From Laetmonice hystrix (taxonomy: Eukaryota), in assembly GCA_965235115.1 (NCBI GenBank), contig OZ249437.1, positions 27,156,001 through 27,220,000 on the forward strand: DNA of 64,000 bases. Reading direction: 5' to 3'. The notes under the pieces are model-generated. The model worked only from the letters and a program-made list of their open reading frames with translations, had not been told where the DNA came from and ran no database searches. Of the stretch, positions 26,091-38,536 are shown in pieces; positions within the stretch are counted from its first letter, which is position 1; the number at the start of each line of letters is the position of its first letter. The translations under genes were made by a program, and so were the position numbers.

Positions 26091-27176
26091 CAGGAAGGTG
26101 ATCGCTCAGTGACGGTTGACGTATTAGAGTTTGTTTTGAGTCTAACCGTGACTTTGATTGTCTGTCGGGGGCCTGGGCACACGTTAAACACGGCCAGCCG
26201 GGAGTACCGTCAGAGCAGCCATCACAAAGCCTGCGCGTCTGGTTTTAACTAATTGAAGCAGAAAAACAGCTGGCGTTGGGACGGTTGGGGAAGGCAGGGG
26301 GTCAGGCCAGGTGATGTATCATCGCTGTAACAAGCTTAGGCCCGATCTGAGCGTCTCTGGACTCTATCAATCCGCCATGATTCGGTTAACGCCGGACAGA
26401 CGCAACCGGCACCGTGAGCCAGGTTAATCATCTAAAGTATCAATGATCTATTATAGCATGGCTAGCAGAGGGAAAATAGCACAGGACAGTGAGAAACGGA
26501 CGGTTAGTTTCTAGTTTATGTAATGTTTGCACAATAAAGGAGTTAGATATTGCTAGTATTATTGCTGCTCGAGGCGTGTGGCTGTTTTGTTGACTGTCGC
26601 CTGTCTATATGAATGCTCTCTGCTCGAGTTGCGCCACGTAATTTGTTTTCCGTTCCGTGTCTCTGCTAAGTTTAAAGGAGTTGGCAGGAGTGGGAGGATA
26701 GCCGGGTAATTGGGCCTGGGTCAGTCGAGGTCTGATTGTAATACTCGCAGCCTACCACGGAACGACCAAAAGAAACTGTGTGGTCCCAGCCGGACAGTAA
26801 CCAGCACCGACAGAACCAGGAAAAAGTGACAAACCAATTTTCCTGGACAAACACCCGTCGGAGGGTCTTTCCCCGGACACTACTGGAAAGTTAATGATGA
26901 TGGGAGTGGGATTAAAAGAAAATTACCGAATTGATCGGGCCAACGAATTCGGCCCCTTTTAGGGGGCGGGGGGGGGGGGGTAGGACCTGCATCTCCAGCT
27001 GAGACCAATGCATAGGCCTACCGATTGTCTGCTGCATGGTTATCAACCCCCTTGGAATCCAACCATTCTATCTTTGACCTTTTTCAGGATATCTTCCATT
27101 CTCGCTTGCTCCCTTGTTCTAGTAGCAGTGTGGGTTCGAACTGAAGCATAAGGCATCAGTTCGCTGGGGATGGAAT

Positions 27177-27220
27177 GGGGTGTGGGTGTGGGTGTGGGTG
27201 TGGGTGTGGGTGTGGGGGTT
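27177..27220 (+). repeat. (GGGTGT)n microsatellite
   Basis: About 6 tandem gggtgt units. Confidence 0.9.
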
Positions 27221-28669
27221 AAGTAATAAGTAGTGGCCGGCCCCCAGGTGGTAGTTTAACTTAAAGTGGATTACCGCTGTCTGGTAGCTGCCTGGACCAG
27301 CCGTGAACTACTGGCCGGGGAGGTAGGCGTGGGGACCCTGGGCCCCCTGGAGGGGACAAACCATAGGAGGGCAGGGGGTGGTCAGATGGGGCCCCCAGGA
27401 ATAATGCACCTGACCGGGGGACACATCATGGGGCCAATGCACCATGGTGCCGACACTGCGGACACGGCACTGTTTAGAACCGATCTCTCATCATGTCGGT
27501 GACTGGGGCGCCGTCTGTTTGACAACAAACATCACCAGAGGGCGCTTAGCACAGCCTGCCTCCATCCGGGATCTGTGGACATCCCCACGGTGTCAGCTCA
27601 GAATGCGCCGCCGCGAATAAAAAGTGCCGTTTATTGACGGCTTCTATTGGCATGAATGATTGCATTGAGGCCTGAACTGACCGTTCGGACCGGAACCTAT
27701 GGAGGCCACGTGACCTTTGACCTGACGTAGGGGCTCAATCGTGAAGTTATTCTCATGCATAAGTCATAAAGGGGGGCTAACCAGGCATGAATGTCACCGA
27801 CACTCAAGAAAATATCACCCCGACGTGGCCACGCCTTCCGCGGGAAGTAATTCACGACAAGTGAGAAATATAAATCTCATAGACACACAGACACGCCGCC
27901 GTGACTGAGCTCAAACTAACCAAATCTATTCAATCTAGGCACCAAGTAAAGGCATACGGAACCCAGTTTGACCGGATGGAATCCTGTTTGTATATTTACC
28001 CTCCTGTAGGAGTGAGTTTCACCTCACCTCTAGACGGAACGTAAGGGAGGTACAGCTACACATGACGTCAGTCATTGGATCCTGGTTAACAATTGACCGT
28101 ACCATCTATTCGGACAAGATGAACTTCAACTTTACTGAAGCAAAAAAATGGTTCATTTAATAAAATCCATTTAAACATAATTTGTCTAAATATGGGTCCA
28201 CTTAGCAACCAACCAACTAACCAACCAAAAAATACATACGTTTTAGGGTTTCTGTACTTAGTATGATTGCATTTCAGGCACCAGGTTTTCCATATTATTC
28301 CGTGTCAATATGTTGGGTATTAGCTCAGATACATAATGCTAGACGATCTGCGTATGTATGGTTAAGCTCCTCATTTTAAATGCTAACCCGTATACTTAAG
28401 TATCGGAAGTCCTGCTATGCAAAGAACAGAATCGGATCGATGGTAAAGTTTAAACTCAGGAAGGAAGTGGAGACTGTTACAAGAGTTAGGTTTAACTGAA
28501 TTAATTGACGTAATGAGTTTCTTGTTCAGATCTCTTTAACCAGAATGAAAAGTGTTTTGGGAGGGGTGTCTTGAAGCAACAGTGGTTATCTCTGAATGGA
28601 GCAGACATTTGGGAGTTTTCTTTTGTTGAAATAAACTGATGTATTTTGGTTTTTTTTCTCCCCGACCAG

Positions 28670-28850
28670 GTTGTAATCAATGAGCGGCCGTTGAAGTTAC
28701 TGGAGGAAGCGATCAGTGGAGTAAACATAGACAACTGTAACCATCCATGTACCGGGCAGCCGTGTCTGAACGGAGGACGCTGTATCCCCATCAGGGACTT
28801 CTACAAGTGCAGCTGTCCGCTTGGATTTGAAAATACCAACTGTGAAGACA
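28670..28850 (+). CDS. EGFLAM: EGFLAM exon, end of LG2 plus EGF-like domain 3 (VVINERP...HPCTGQPCLNGGRC...CSCPLGFENTNCED)
   Basis: Acceptor accag ending 28669; donor gtaagt at 28851 (phase 1). Confidence 0.93.
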
Positions 28851-30944
28851 GTAAGTATGATTCAGCACGTAAGAGTTCTATCGAGTGCCATTTGTATAAG
28901 TAACAAAATATACATAGGGAGACGGAGATTAGGTCTGCCATGCAGCCAATGTATGCAGCATATATGCATGTATATATGATAAACGCTTGTGATTGTGTAG
29001 AAGAAATCTAAACATAACATGTATCAAAAGAGTTGTGAATATTTCTATGATAACCAAACCAAAGACGTAAATGATACCCGTATTATAATTTCAATGTGTC
29101 TCATCATAGGAAGCCAAACGTTGCCCATTGTGCTACATAGAGTTATATATATATATATATATAGTATTTTGCAGATAATGGTAGTTTAAGGCATTTGAAT
29201 GGATAAACTAAATCTTACCTCACAGACACAAGCTTTTACTTAACTACTGATAGCACTCTATTCTTCCACTTCTCATGAATTGTTTCTCCATACTAATATT
29301 CTATGAATATACCTACTATATTTTCAACGAATTTTGTACAGTGCATATCAGAGACATTATGGAATTCAGGGAAACTTCATGGGGAACTGCTTTGGTGGAC
29401 ATTGTCCTGCAGTATAATTACATATCAGTTATTGTACATTGAGGGATCTTTCGACTTCAGTTCTCAGTATTAGACTATTTATATATAGATGATTTATACA
29501 GGTACTCTCTGGATGATGACCAAAGATACCGATCGAATATTTAGCTTTCACAGAAATTGCAGGGTTAGAAAATTGAGGGCATAATTACATCCAAACATAT
29601 TTCTCGCTCTTTATGAATTCGGCATTATGTTAATGCAAAGAAAATTTTCGACAGGTGCTAATTGTTCAGGTTGTGTTCAGAGATAGAAGTCATCGGATAG
29701 AACTTGTCACAGCGGCCGGGTATAGAGGTTTGGATTGGGGGTTACTATAGTGTTTGCAGGTTACGGTTTTGGTCTTAAGGGTAAAGTCAGTAAGGTCAGG
29801 GTATCACGTTAATTAATTAATGAATGAACCTGTGTTATAAATAAGAGTGTCCTAAATGTAATGTCTAACTTGTTACTCACAAGCCACATTGTTAACTGCT
29901 ATGGAATGTTGTTGTCCTACGCCGGAGGCAAGTTGTGTAAAGGGCGACAAGTCCTGTCATTGTGTGTCATCATAACGTTACCTGAGTTCTTACATGTGAT
30001 CAAATCAAAAACCACCGTAAACTTAGATACGTTAGCCATGCAGTCTATATGTTTAATGCTATATGGAGTCGAAGAATGTATGGTAAAAAATGCCTGCACT
30101 AGTCAAGAACCGTTAGTTGAGAATTCTCTGGGAATGACTGACACATTCTTTTCTCTGTCTGAATACCCTAGATGATAGCTACAGGAAACTGTAAACCAGC
30201 ATGAAATTACTGCTCTTGTTCTTAAAGATTCTGTCTACTTCATAAATCTATAAAAGGTACACTATATTAGACCATGGATTAGCCTGATGTAAACTTATAT
30301 ACGCTGTGGTCATGATAATAGCTCTTTTTCCTTTTGTATACAAATGAATGTGTATGTACATCAATTTTTTCCCCTGAACAATTCGTTACATTTGCATATA
30401 TTTGCATAATGTATGCAAACCATCTGTAGATCACATCTGCTGTCAGATTGTATGTCTGCAGGGTGATGTTTCTGAGGGCCCCAGAAACATCATGTCCTAC
30501 ATACGAGCCATTTATCAGATGTGATGTGCAGATGGTCTGTAGCTTGAATCCTCCTAAAACTGTAGCTCTGAGAACCTAGATACACATTATCCTTGCATGG
30601 AACCCTCCCTGCTCTAGAAGACAGTAACCCCCACAGCCGTCGACTGCCATGTGTTCTTAGCCCAGAGAAGGCACTCTTGTGCCTTTATACAGGCTTGTTG
30701 TACTCAAGGAACCAAACGCAGATTTGCTCACCACCTTCCTGCCTGGTGCCCCTCATCCCAGAAGTGGTTTCTCCCAGCAATGTCAAGGGTTGATTCCATT
30801 GTGGGATTGCCAGGGGAGGTGTGTCGTGGAGTGCCTTGTTCGTCGCCGACCTGAGCAAGTCTGCAGCTGCTGTTGTTAGACCATCTATACGGTCCTAGAC
30901 CGGCACAATTTGCCCTTCTCTCTCCCTTACTCTGCCCCTCTCTC

Positions 30945-30980
30945 TGTCTCTCTCACTCTCTCTCTCTCTCTCTCTCTCTC
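30945..30980. repeat. (CT)n microsatellite
   Basis: Run of ct dinucleotides. Confidence 0.85.
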
Positions 30981-31455
30981 TGGAAGTGTAGCGTCTCTTA
31001 CAGGCATGCAAAAAAAAACTGTTTCAACTGACCTGTGATGTCACCTTTGTGCTCCTTCATTTCATTTTACCTCAGCAACTTCAGTTTCATCTATTTTTTT
31101 TTGGTATTGGTCGCGCACGGCCCTTACATTCTCTACAGCTACGATATAATTTCATTTTATTTGGAACCTCATGACTATGACTTTTGTGTGTGATTCTGAC
31201 GTACGTGCACCCTGTTTACTCCTGACCGGAGCAGGCGTTTTGTCCCTCCCTCCCCCTCCCCCCACCAAACCCACACACACAAAAAAAGAATTTTTAATCC
31301 AGATATACCACAATTTTGTGGGATTTCTTTTTTCCAAGTACTTTTTTTGCAAGACGCAGCAAGCGTTGTATATATATATATCTCGATTGTTATTACATTT
31401 CTGTTGTGACGGTACGATTAAAATCACCGTTTCTGTTCATGTTCCGCCACTGCAG

Positions 31456-31530
31456 AGGTTTTGGACCGCTCTCGATTATATTTTGCGCGTGCCCGGCGAG
31501 GTCCTTATGCTAACGCCACCGAACCCCCAG
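31456..31530 (+). CDS. EGFLAM: Candidate 75-nt alternative exon of EGFLAM (K-VLDRSRLYFARARRGPYANATEPP-E)
   Basis: About 90 nt AG-free region ending ctgcag (31455); donor cag|gtgatg at 31531; phase 1 to phase 1; open in the EGFLAM frame; two tandem TGCATG at 31651-31662. Confidence 0.45.
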
Positions 31531-33122
31531 GTGATGCCTACGTCACGCTTCAGTCACACTGCACATGCTCGCTCCCGCACACCGCGTGCTCTCACACTCA
31601 CACACCGGGACATTATTTTCATCATGTTCGGTGGCATTTTTCACACAACATGCATGTGCATGCAAAGCTAAGGCGTGACAGGTTCACAGTTTTGCTCAAG
31701 ATGACCCGATCAACGCCCCTTTCAAACCTACTCTTTTGGGAGATTTTTCCCCGAGGCAGCAGAAGTTGAATTTTGACATGTGCTATTTATTCACCGCTTG
31801 TAAATATATCTATTTTGATACATATTTTTGAGACAAACATAGAATGATTGTCTAATTTGCAATAATTTACTTGGGTGAAAATAGAAAAAATAACCAGTAG
31901 TTGTCTTAAGCTGCTGAAATGCCTTCTTTTTTTTGTAAAGGACAGTTTTGCTACCCTTTCGTTTGAAAAGAAATTGCAAGCGATGGTTTTTTTTGTCAAC
32001 CCGGTAGAATTTATTTCGGAAAGTAGACCTTTTGTCGCACTTATTTTTTGTAAGACCCTTCGGCTTGGCTGATCCAACACCAGCTTTGTGTTTGGTACCA
32101 CTGAAAACCTGATCCGTCTATGGGACGGTTTGCCTGCCTTAGGTCAACGTCCATAACCAAGTTCAATTCATCACGCTTCATGAAGGTAACATAGCCCATT
32201 GGTTGACCAGAAACTATTGAAAAATCATAGTCATAGTTACATCTCAAAGTCATTTTACAGTCACTTGCTGAAACTCGCCGTACCATCATCTCATTCATGG
32301 ATGGATAAATTCCCAGAACGCCTCTGTACGTTAGAGATCATCTGGAGCACAAAAGGACGTCCACAGAATGTTGTCACGTTTGTTGTGTGCATGTTGTTAT
32401 AGCATGAGTCTGCCGCCGCTGCCGCTGCCGCTGCAGTGTTTTACCTCATTCCATTGCCGTGTAGACATGCAATTAAAGGATGTGCGTTGATATGACCTGT
32501 CTGATTCACACACGGATACATACCTTTTAATACACATTAAAGTGGGTTGAAATGGGAGTGGGGGTATGTCTGCCTATAGCTAAACCTTTACATTTGGGCA
32601 GCTTGTACGTGATTATGTGCCTGTCGAGCAGAAAACACTCGGATATGCCAGAAAACTTGTCAGGTATTTACGCTTACAGCGGCAGCCATTCACATGAAAT
32701 TAAAGTATTCATAATTATTTTGGAATTTATTCTAGGGAGACTTAATGGATCATTGAGATGCAATTCAAGTGCATTAAAGGGTATATTCCATTTGATTATT
32801 ATATCGACAGGTGTTATTAAAGTGTGTATGAGTGAAAGTGTTTGATTTTCTGGTGTTCTAATTTAACGGATCACATGTGTTGTGGTGTGAAATTGTCGAC
32901 GTGTGCATTTCGTGTGTTGACGTCATAATCGGACATGGTGCATTGCGTGTGTTGACGTCATGTATACGGTGCCAGTGTGGCCGACCAATCGACGCTCCCC
33001 GCTGGCTTGCCTGTTGTGACGTGGCGTTGCCTCCACAACCATCCGCACTCACTAACGCTTCACACTTGGTTTTGTTCCACTCCTCACTTGCCTTGCATGC
33101 CATCGTGTGGTGGGAATTGAAG

Positions 33123-33137
33123 GGAAGGCGCGCCGAG
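33123..33137 (+). CDS. EGFLAM: Candidate 15-nt microexon of EGFLAM (R/G-K-A-R-R)
   Basis: Branch point actaac at 33051-33056; first AG after it is at 33121-33122; exon ggaaggcgcgccgag; donor gtacgt at 33138; frame-preserving. The acceptor itself (tgaag) is weak. Confidence 0.5.
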
Positions 33138-34575
33138 GTACGTGCTCAACTCGACCCAACAACTCTTGACGGTTCTCAAGTCGGTCATCGTGCCGATACG
33201 ACTACATTTCAAGTAGACTTGTAACCAATGGCTGCACCGCTGTGTACGCGCTCATGGTGCGGCTGGCCCCTGACCTATGACCCCCTGACCCCTAGTAGCG
33301 CGAGGTCCCGCAACCTGTACCACCCCCACCCCCCCATCCGACCCCAGAACCCCCATGAACCCTCCTCGTAGGGGTTGTGAGTGTAGGAACAGTGTGACGG
33401 GCACCAGGCTTAAGCCTGAATGGACACGGCAGACACACACAGGCCTTGGCACGACTGGCCAGCAATAGAAACCTATAACTTGTGGTAACTCTAAACTTTG
33501 AATAATTCAACAGTCTGCACTATACTGATCTCAAACTAACCTTCTGCACCTGTGTACATATGTAAAGTTTGAAGAGTTTCGATATGCCATGATACATGAA
33601 AGTGGTTAAGTCGCCAGGAGGTTATCAATATAAATATGTCACTAACAGTTTCTTGTACACATTAATGTTAACTGATGTAGGTTTATAGGATGAATGCGGT
33701 GTGCTTATCCTTTTAAGTAGTGTATATTTTCTTTAGCGCTACAGATAGACACTCTTTGGCTATACGTTAGACTAAGGTAAAAGTCTCAGAAATTCGCCTC
33801 AGTTTCCATGTGGTAGGTAAATAAATGCATGATATGCCTAATGATTCTGGCATGCCTTCTGTGATACTAGTCACAAAATTAACATGTGGTCCAACTATTA
33901 TGATTGGGATACTCATGCCTTTTTTCTAATCCTGATTTATTGAGAATAATACATTTAAGCAATGTTTGATGTGTGTATCTAATTGCGTATGATTAGCACT
34001 GCGGGTTGGTGTAGGAGATGATGTAAGTAGTATATAAAAAGTGTAAGTAGTCTATAAAAAGTGTGTGTGTCTGTGCTGAGGTTCCTTCCGGTCCCCCCTG
34101 CTGGGAGCCACACTGCCTCTACCCTCACAGCCAACGTGTCTTATAGCTATGGGCCTACTGTATGTTATGTTACCATGTAAAAAGGCGATTCGCACCAGCC
34201 AAACTGACAACTGTGAAGCCTCTGTGTATGGTTAGAAATGACGTTGATATTAGGCTTATGCAAAATCTGACCCATTCATTCCACGAAGCCACCGAGCTTT
34301 CCTTTGTATTCTATGAATTATGTTCTGCCTCGCGTCATTTTAATTGATGCAGACGTTTTGAAGCTTATCATGAATTCACATAGGCTGTTTGAAATAACTA
34401 AATACAATGGTATTATTGATTGAATTTTGGACCAGACTTCTGTTCTGCAAGTCTCACAAAAACGAGTTGATCAGCAGTCAAGGTGGTGCGCACCGTCTAA
34501 GCTAACCTATCTTAAGTTACAGCAGACAAGTTGTAGACCCCCTTATACTTACGTTGTTACAATGCCCTCATGCAG

Positions 34576-34654
34576 AGTTGAAGGAACCAATCAGGGAGCC
34601 AATGTTTGGTGGCGACAGCTACCTAGTCTACATGGACCCTTTCATCATGCAGAG
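34576..34654 (+). CDS. EGFLAM: EGFLAM exon, start of LG3 (LKEPIREPMFGGDSYLVYMDPFIMQR); not in the ORF track
   Basis: Acceptor tgcag ending 34575; donor gtgtgt at 34655. Phases 1 to 2 exactly bridge the neighbouring exons; PxFxGxSYL is the LG start motif. Confidence 0.88.
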
Positions 34655-35294
34655 GTGTGTATGCTTCGCAGCCCAGCCGCCAGGAGGGGTTTGGGGCGAT
34701 AATAGGGGAATTGGGTGATCGGGTCTAGCTCCTCAAGCTCTTTTCCTCAGAAAGAGTTATTGCACGGCGATGAACAGAACCAGAAGTAGCTCTATCGACG
34801 GCACAGACAAAATACTAAACACTTGATTGTAGCTCGGGGCGTATTGCCTCGTTATGGCTTGAATACTGTTTAGACTGAGGTCTGTTTTCGAGCTTTCATG
34901 TTGTGCCGATCTGCTTCTAGATTGAATACATACCTACATTGTGTAGGCCTAATGGATTTGATCAAAACGGAATGTTATTATTATGTGAGACCATGTGATC
35001 AGTATAAGGATAACAATAAATGATACGGAACTATTGATAACATACAAATTGCAGAAAATATCAATGTAGAACGGGAGTGTATTAGGCGTGGCCTATAAAG
35101 TATAATTGAACGCAATCGGTTGTGCTATAACGTTACGGCATCTTTACGATTGGCCGGGTCATGCGGAACGGGGAACCCTTGATATCGCTCCTAGATGTAA
35201 CCTTCACCGATCTTTAAATCTAGACTATGTGGATTATCATTGAGCCTACATGTACAAATCATCATGGATTAATTTCAAGCGCCGTTTCCTACAG

Positions 35295-35525
35295 GGTTCG
35301 TGGGAAGAAGATCGATATTCAAATGAAGATCAAGGCCAAAGGCCCGGATGGTCTGCTCTTCTGGACGGGAGAGGAGAAGATGACGTCATCGAGTGACTAC
35401 CTTGCCCTGGGCATTGACAGTGGTCACGTCCAGTTCGGCTACAACCTGGGCTCGGGCGAGGTGGTTATCACCTATAACGAAAGCCGTATTGACGATGGCG
35501 CTTGGCACAAGATCCGAGCTCAGAG
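35295..35525 (+). CDS. EGFLAM: EGFLAM exon, LG3 core (VRGKKIDIQMKIK...YNLGSG...DDGAWHKIRAQR)
   Basis: Acceptor tacag ending 35294; donor gtacgt at 35526. Confidence 0.93.
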
Positions 35526-36646
35526 GTACGTATGGATAGCATGGAAATCCTGAAAATTAAATAAGAATATTTTTTAAAATGTCTAAATTCTTCTAAAGAG
35601 GATTGTGATGTCCTCTGAATGTCCTGTAATACATAGACCTATCGACACAGACGTAGGTTTGTCAAGGTGTTTTGAAGGACGTATGTTTGATCTTTAACCC
35701 GACTGTTGTTGCCAGTTTGACCTTACCCCTGTCAAGGGTGACCTTGTATATGTCTCGAGTAGTCAGAGACTACTGTAAGGAGGTAACCACCCCGGGGTCC
35801 AAGGGCCCATATTTTTCTAATTTTAATCTGGACGAGGTGTTAAGTTTTGACACGGGGCCTGTCCTGGGACCCATTACCCGTCCGTTCACAATCTGTTCCC
35901 ATGTGCAAGTCTACCAGCATTTCCGAACAGGGAACACTGCCACCCATCATGCTGTCAGGCCTGGCTGAGACTCAAAGCAAATCCAATTTTGATGCAATCT
36001 TAGATAAGGCTCGCTTGCAAGAATAAATACCCACACGGCTGTGAGGGGAAAAACACTTCTGAATCTTCATCCATTTATTAAATTCCACTGTTCCTACATT
36101 CTGCTGGCGGAGTTGATCAAGACACTCAAATATCTGGGCCGTCTTTCCACAAGGTTTGTCCTTATTACACCCGAGGTCCATTTATATACACTGCCCGCCC
36201 TGAAATCGAATCTACCCCAATCAATGTAGGTAGGCCTAATAAAGACTGATCCGTAATGAAGCTGAAAATAAAATGGCTTGATGTGGTCGAAACAAATAAC
36301 CTTCCCAAAATCCGGGCACGCCTTAGGTCAATCTCTTTAAGACCGGTGTATGGCAACGTTTATGCAATGTCATGTGTCCAATCTGATTGGACTCGGAGCG
36401 GACACTGTTTGCGTTGGTTTGATTGAGATGAACCGAAGTGCCAAACGTTGCCGTGAGAGGGCGCCACTAATGACGCGTTGTATCCTGAAAACGAGGGTCA
36501 CCACAGAGCTCAGTCTCCTGGCGGAGAGCCTGGATATATATGTGTACCTCCCTCTGAGAGTGACTGACCTTGAGTTTGACCTCACCCTGGACGCTCCGTC
36601 CACGTCACGTACAGCGTGACCTTGGTCCTTGTGACAGTGTCACAAC

Positions 36647-36785
36647 AATATCCCCATTGGATGTCATTAATTATATAAGGACAAAGTTAAGCATTAATAT
36701 CCCCATTGGATGTCATTAATTATATAAGGACAAAGTTAAGCATTAATATCCCCATTGGATGTCATTAATTATATAAGGACAAAGT
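36647..36785. repeat. 49-bp tandem repeat, about 2.8 copies
   Basis: aatatccccattggatgtcattaattatataaggacaaagttaagcatt starts at 36647, 36696 and 36745. Confidence 0.92.
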
Positions 36786-37119
36786 ATTGGATGTCAGCCA
36801 GTATGTTATTGGCATGGCGGGCCGGCTGGTGTCCGTCCACAGGCAACGGTTACGTTTAAATAATTTTAAACAAATCGAGATGGAGTATGAAAGGTTTGAG
36901 CCCCCACCCCGGGCTCTATGAGAGTGAGAGCGGGCTGTTCTGTAGATTGACAAACAAAAACCTGGTAAAATGTACTTTTTTTATTTATGGCGAGAACGTA
37001 TCGAATTCAAACAACGTGATAGGCAAGAAATGATGTAGGCCTAGGCATAGCGCAATTTACCTATGTTTGTTTTTATTTTATTAATTGATTCATTAATCCC
37101 TCAATCATTTATTTATTTA

Positions 37120-37159
37120 TTCATTCATTCATTCATTCATTCATTCATTCATTCATTCA
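37120..37159. repeat. (TTCA)n microsatellite abutting an exon acceptor
   Basis: About 10 ttca units ending in the aag acceptor at 37159-37161. Confidence 0.9.
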
Positions 37160-37161
37160 AG

Positions 37162-37265
37162 ATATGAGCGGATAGGATACCTGGAGATTGATGGTACTGA
37201 GGTGATCGAAGCGACATCTCCCGGTAACCTCAAACAGCTGAATACACAAAGTAAAGTTTACCTGG
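37162..37265 (+). CDS. EGFLAM: EGFLAM exon, LG3 (YERIGYLEIDG...SPGNLKQLNTQSKVYLG); not in the ORF track
   Basis: Acceptor aag ending 37161; donor gtgagt at 37266. Phases 2 to 1 bridge the neighbouring exons; SPG..KQLN motif. Confidence 0.9.
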
Positions 37266-37486
37266 GTGAGTGCGCGGACATAGTCAGTTTATACTTTTAC
37301 CAAACATGATAAATGTTATCTCCAACAGGTGCCATGTTGATACACCATTATGAAAACACAGTACTATCTTTTGGAAATTCAGTGATTAACAGTATCATGA
37401 TTTAAAATTTATTTGCGAGGTAAATTCCTTGGTTATGTTCATTGTAGGCCAAACCTTGTTAATTTCGAAGAGCTGCTCGTTTTCAG

Positions 37487-37635
37487 GTGGAATGGATGAT
37501 ATCGTCCTGTCTACAATGAGGAAGTATAGAACTGGATTTGTTGGGTGCGTTTCCGATGTCACCTTGGCAACAGACTATCATATTGACCTCATCGGCGAGG
37601 CTGCCGAAGGTCAGAACGTTCAACAATGTTCATAG
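37487..37635 (+). CDS. EGFLAM: EGFLAM terminal coding exon (GMDDIV...GFVGCVSDVTLATDYHIDL...NVQQCS*)
   Basis: Acceptor tttcag ending 37486; TAG ends at 37635. Confidence 0.93.
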
Positions 37636-38530
37636 GCTGGTACGTCCGGCTGCGTCAGCCAATCAGAGCGAGGATCTCAAGAGAGACATCTGCACAGACG
37701 TCGGAAATGATCGGTCAATAATTCAAAGGTGACTTGCTACGGAAGGATATTTCAACATAACCAATGCTGATTTGGGCACACATAAAGCTTCCCGGACAAG
37801 TTTGATGCAATGTAATATATATACATGACCGTTATGTATCCGCGTATTTAGCAGGACATTGATACAGCCGTGCTGTAAACGTTGCCTGAGATTCGGTCTC
37901 CCTAGTGACGGGTTGGAATGACCCGTATACGGGAACACCTGCCTGGTGGACCCCCGCCCCTTTTCAAAGTTTTTGACCAACTATATTGCTCCATGTTTGA
38001 TTTTTTCATCGTAATCATGGGCGAACGGTAACTGACTAGACTAGAGAGTACCTGGATTTTTAAGTTTTTCATTACCGTGCCTTTGTATGAATTGAACATA
38101 ATGAGAGAACTAGTCATTAGTTGGTCGGTTGATAACCTCCGTATTACTGTACTGATTTCACTAGAAGCGATGTAACCAGTCCACATCAGCAGATATACCA
38201 TGCATCAATAGAGAACCTGTTAAAATTAGAACTATAACTGCAACGCAAGATGTTCAGATATAACAACATGCTTACATTTGAAGGCAAGCAGGAGGAACGT
38301 GAAGGTACATGCACATCTACATTTCTTGAGATGATGTCATTGCCTGGGTGGTCGTTAGGGATATGGTTGTATATGGTTGTTGGCCACATAGCGTGGATAT
38401 GGTATTGAGATACAGCAATGCGTATTGCTATGCTGGCCTCTTATTATTATCTCCAAACAGAGGCGGATATTTCGGTGAATCGAGTCTGTGAAGGAACATT
38501 CGAGGGTCCATATATTCCTGTATCATATGT

Positions 38531-38536
38531 AATAAA
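38531..38536 (+). terminator. Possible polyadenylation signal of EGFLAM
   Basis: First AATAAA I found downstream of the stop codon; no transcript evidence. Confidence 0.3.

Larger units (their letters stand above)
7085..37635 (+). other. EGFLAM: Pikachurin (EGFLAM) orthologue, 3' part of gene: 11 constitutive coding exons, LG1-EGF2-LG2-EGF3-LG3
   Basis: The exons below join at GT-AG sites with matching phases (1877 nt: 2-nt partial codon plus 625 codons including stop). Motifs DVGECSSGVC, CLCPLG, NLGSG, DG.WH and TDYHI.L match vertebrate pikachurin as I recall it, and the EGF-LG arrangement fits EGFLAM better than agrin or perlecan. No search was run. Confidence 0.9.

Noticed and set aside
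29541-29570. Possible microexon cacag|aaattgcagg|gttaga
   Set aside because: 10 nt, not frame-preserving, with no clear branch point or pyrimidine tract.
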